Shown one piece after another: positions 60,631 to 64,000 of a stretch of DNA of 64,000 bases. The position numbers and the translations under genes are program-made. How positions within the stretch are numbered: position 1 is the first letter of the stretch; every line of letters starts with the position of its first letter. This stretch comes from Selaginella moellendorffii (taxonomy: Eukaryota > Plantae > Lycopodiophyta). The notes beneath the pieces were generated by a model. That model did not search any database. It had not been told where the DNA came from and was given only the letters and a program-made list of their open reading frames with translations. The stretch is taken from positions 62,001 to 126,000 of the forward strand of contig NW_003314328.1 of the NCBI RefSeq assembly GCF_000143415.4. The letters run 5' to 3'.

Positions 60631-62658
60631 ATGCTCAAGAGCGATGAGCACGTCTTGAGCCGGCGCTGCCTGGATCGAATCGACGAGGACATCCAGCGCC
60701 TTGATTCCAGCAGCGACAGGGGGGTGTGCGCCTGGATCGTCAAGCGCTGCGGCAACGCCAGGGCGATCGAGCAGGGTCGCCGGATTCACGCCCACATCAC
60801 CTCTTCCTCGTCCCTGACCTCCACGCATTCCTCCAGCGACACATTCCTTCTCAATCTCCTGGTGGAGATGTATGGCAAGTGCTCCAGCCTCGAGGAAGCG
60901 CGCCTGGTCTTCGATGGGATCGCGCATCGCAACGTCTTTAGCTGGACGATCATGCTCGCAGCATATGCCCAGAACGGGCATCTGGCGCAAGCGATCCATC
61001 TCCTGCGAAGAATGGATCACGAGGGCGTCAAGCCGAGTGGATCCACTTTCGTCGCCATCGCCGCGGCTGGCACCGCGGATCTCCCCCTCCTCCGCTCGAT
61101 CCACGCCAGGGCCAGCGCCACCGGCGCCCGCGATCTCGTCCTCGACAACGTGATGCTCGATTCCTTCGCGCGATTGGGCGCGCTGGAGCTGGCGCGATCC
61201 ATCTTCGACGCCATGGAGGAGAAGACCCTCGTCTCCTGGAACGCGATGATCGGCGCTTACGCCCGGCTCGGGCGCGAGGATCTAGTGCTATTCCTCTTTC
61301 GCGCGATGGATCTGGATGGCGTCCCGCACAACAGGATCACATTTCTCAACGCGATCGCCGGCATCCAGTCGATCGATCGCGGCAAATTCGTCCAGGAGCG
61401 CGCCGCCGCGGCTGGATTCGAGGGCGATATTGCCGTACGGAACGCGCTGGTTAGCCTGTACGGGCGGTGCCGGAGCGCGGCCATGGCGCGTCGTGTGTTT
61501 GATGCCATGGAACGAAGAACGAGGGTGACGTGGACGGCTATGATCTCGGCATATGCCCAGAATGGGCATAGCAAGGAGGCATTGGAGCTCTTCTTTGAGG
61601 CTATCGAATCGTCGTCGCCACCTTTGGATCTCGACACGCCGGTCTTCTTGAGCGCCCTCGAGGCTTGCGCGAATGTGGGCGATCTCGATCGAGGAGTTTT
61701 GATTCACGAGAAAATCCTTGAATCGTCTGTAAAGGTTGACGCTCTCGTGAGCAACAGCTTGATAAACATGTATGCCAAGTGTGGCAGCCTTGCAAAAGCT
61801 TTGGAAACTTTCGAAAAGCTCTCGAGTCCGGGTGTGATTGCCTGGAACACAATGATCTCGGCGTATGCCCAGGCTGGAGATAGCAACGCCGCAATCGAGC
61901 TATTCCACCGAATGGATCTCGAGGGCATCAAGCCCGACGGCGTCACCTTTATGGTTTTGCTCGAGGCATTGGGATCGATCGGATCACTGCAAGATGGAAA
62001 GTTCATCCACACGCGTGCTGCATCGCTTGGATTTGACGAACAAGACACTTCTCTCTGCAACGCTCTCTTGAACCTTTACACCAAATGTGGGAGCATGCAA
62101 GACGCTATCGCCCTCTTTCACAAAATGCCCACTCCAAACCAGATCTCCTGGACTTGCACCATTGCAGGGTATGCTCAACAGGGGCATAGCACCGAAGCCC
62201 TCGAGCTCTACCAAAAGATGGACTTGGAAGGCACCAAGCCCAACCAGGTAACACTTTTGGGAGTGCTCACGGCGTGCACACACGCCGGCCTGGTCGAGGA
62301 TGGTATATACTACTACAATTCCATGGTATCCGACCATAACATCCAGCCCAAGGAAGAACACTACGGTAGCCTCATTGACATGCTCGCTAAAGCAGGATGG
62401 CTGCAAGAAGCCGAGGCCCTGATCGAAACCCTGCCCTTTCACCCGTTCGCCGTGGCATGGACATCCCTCCTTGGGGCATCTTGCAACCACAAGGACGTTG
62501 ATCGCGCCGAGCGAGTAGCAGCCAAAGCAATCGATCGAGAACCCGGCAATGCTGGTCCATACATTTGCCTGTCAAACATGTACGCGACGCTGGACCGACG
62601 GGACGACGTCGCCCGCGTGAAGAAACTGATCGCCTCGCTCAAAGGTGGCGGACAATAA
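60631..62658 (+). CDS. PLS-class PPR-E protein (PPR-c, unit 3, ~675 aa), P-L-S triplet type, no DYW
   Basis: Intact ORF; HYGSLIDMLAKAGWLQEA…WTSLLGA…PYICLSNMYA…DDVARVKKLI. Confidence 0.93.
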   Translation: MLKSDEHVLSRRCLDRIDEDIQRLDSSSDRGVCAWIVKRCGNARAIEQGRRIHAHITSSSSLTSTHSSSDTFLLNLLVEMYGKCSSLEEARLVFDGIAHRNVFSWTIMLAAYAQNGHLAQAIHLLRRMDHEGVKPSGSTFVAIAAAGTADLPLLRSIHARASATGARDLVLDNVMLDSFARLGALELARSIFDAMEEKTLVSWNAMIGAYARLGREDLVLFLFRAMDLDGVPHNRITFLNAIAGIQSIDRGKFVQERAAAAGFEGDIAVRNALVSLYGRCRSAAMARRVFDAMERRTRVTWTAMISAYAQNGHSKEALELFFEAIESSSPPLDLDTPVFLSALEACANVGDLDRGVLIHEKILESSVKVDALVSNSLINMYAKCGSLAKALETFEKLSSPGVIAWNTMISAYAQAGDSNAAIELFHRMDLEGIKPDGVTFMVLLEALGSIGSLQDGKFIHTRAASLGFDEQDTSLCNALLNLYTKCGSMQDAIALFHKMPTPNQISWTCTIAGYAQQGHSTEALELYQKMDLEGTKPNQVTLLGVLTACTHAGLVEDGIYYYNSMVSDHNIQPKEEHYGSLIDMLAKAGWLQEAEALIETLPFHPFAVAWTSLLGASCNHKDVDRAERVAAKAIDREPGNAGPYICLSNMYATLDRRDDVARVKKLIASLKGGGQ

Positions 62659-63759
62659 CCATAAGCCCTAATAAACGTCTAGGGATTCGAACCCAACGCA
62701 CGCAATGGCCACGTCACCGGCCCAGTTTCGAATTAACGATGCCAACTGTCTGCCCGCCAGCTGTGCGCCACTTAATAGTGTTTTGGCCGTACACTGCCGA
62801 AAGTTAAAGGCCTGCTGCTCGCCAGCTGGCGGTGATGGCCATTCCCTGCGACCGGCTAGGTGTGCGTCCGGCGGGCACAGTGACCGCACCGCGGGTTGCC
62901 GTACACCGCGCGGCGTCGTGTTCCTCCGTACACGCTGCCAAAGTTGTCGAGCATCTAAAAAAAAAAGAGGCCGGGCCAATTCCTCAAGGAATGGTGGCTG
63001 ACAACCACAAAGGCCATTAAGAAGTAGCTGGAGCGCCTGGTTTTTGTTTTTGTTTAGAAATGTTCTTCGTTTGTTGATGCTATTGCTAGTGCGATTGATC
63101 GGCAAGAGCCAACTGTTGCCCCGGGGGATCCCACGATATAGAAATAGAAACTTGGCCAGGTGGCTTCTAGAAGTTTGCGAAGGGAAATGGTAAACAAGAA
63201 GATCTCCGGAAGCCGCGATCTCGTGAAACAACGTGCACGAGAGTTGGATCAAGTCAAGGCTCTTTTCCCGGCTGATTGAAACAATCAAAACAACGCCACT
63301 CGCGAGAAGTTGCATGGGAAGGGTTCCAAAAGTCACCGCGATCGAACACGCGTGATCCACTCGCTCACGTTTGCTTGGCGCGAAAGAAAAACCAAAAAAA
63401 AAAAACAAACCATTCACATCATAGCATGATCCCTATGATTACAACAATGTTTGGTGACACGAGAAAAGGTGGCGAAACAAGAAAGCCCTCCCTACCCATG
63501 AACGGATCAATCACGCAATCATGCACAGGAAAAACACAAACACACGGGGTCAGAGCAAGCATCCTATGCTCTGAAGAGAATCATGCCAGGCATATTCGCC
63601 TCGGATTCCTCTGGTTTTGCCGCGTCATCCGTACGCCGCGGCTGCCGTGCGACCGGCGCCGCGGTGACCGACACCACGCGACGACGCGTTTAATGGCCAC
63701 AAAAACACACAAAGCGACCACCCTTCCTCGCTGGACTCGCTGCTTTTTCTCCATTCCCC

Positions 63760-64000
63760 TCTGGCTTTAATACCACCATAGCTTTAACCCTCTGAAAGAA
63801 AAGAGCTCGAGAGCTCGAGAGCTCGCGCGCACCAAGCCAAAGTTCTAGCTAGAGCGAAGGATCAAAGCGAGCAAAGCAAATCAGGGAAGCAAGCGAAGAA
63901 GAAGACGATCTCTTTCTCTCTCACTTTCGTTCTTCGAGCGAGCTAGATCTCTCTCACTCTCACAGGTGTTTGGAGCTCAAGAGCTCTCTCTCCCCTCTTT
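63760..64000 (+). promoter_or_regulatory. Possible core promoter / 5' leader of a gene beyond the window
   Basis: tttaaata element followed by GA- and CT-rich tracts typical of plant 5' UTRs; no coding sequence visible. Confidence 0.3.

Noticed and set aside
1069-62642. Many antisense or alternate-frame ORFs overlapping PPR and other genes
   Set aside because: Expected shadow ORFs of GC-balanced coding sequence; no independent motifs.
62670-62760. tRNA-like T-arm/B-box (gggttcgaatccc on minus strand)
   Set aside because: No acceptor stem, D-arm or anticodon arm could be folded around it.
62668-63770. ORFs of 249 aa (minus) and 164 aa (plus)
   Set aside because: No recognisable domain, low-complexity homopolymer-derived residues; looks like upstream non-coding DNA.
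63800-64000. Possible miRNA precursor (gagctc repeats, CT tracts)
   Set aside because: No match to conserved miRNAs I recognise and no long hairpin evident.

Overview
Compact, intron-rich land-plant nuclear DNA. The 41-60 nt introns, tight gene spacing and many intronless PLS-class PPR genes built from long ~31-aa repeat arrays point to a lycophyte, most likely Selaginella (inference, not a database match). The left part (1-31 kb) holds PPR genes, a damaged GH3 gene plus two GH3 fragments, a mosaic of gene fragments, a small J-domain gene largely missed by the ORF track, a PqqL-like M16 zinc peptidase, VARICOSE/EDC4, two abutting PPR ORFs and a tandem pair of 2-oxoglutarate dioxygenases. The right part (31.8-62.7 kb) is a three-fold tandem duplication of a cassette [PPR-a <- ABCD2-like transporter <- PPR-b | PPR-c ->]. 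All three ABCD copies look open, but each PPR survives in only one, different unit. Interspersed are a degenerate full-length Ty3/gypsy element, a 387-bp TRIM family sharing its LTR termini, a fold-back LTR inverted repeat and a ~530-bp LTR-like repeat. No rRNA, tRNA or CRISPR array is supported. Exon boundaries and sequence comparisons were done by eye and are approximate.
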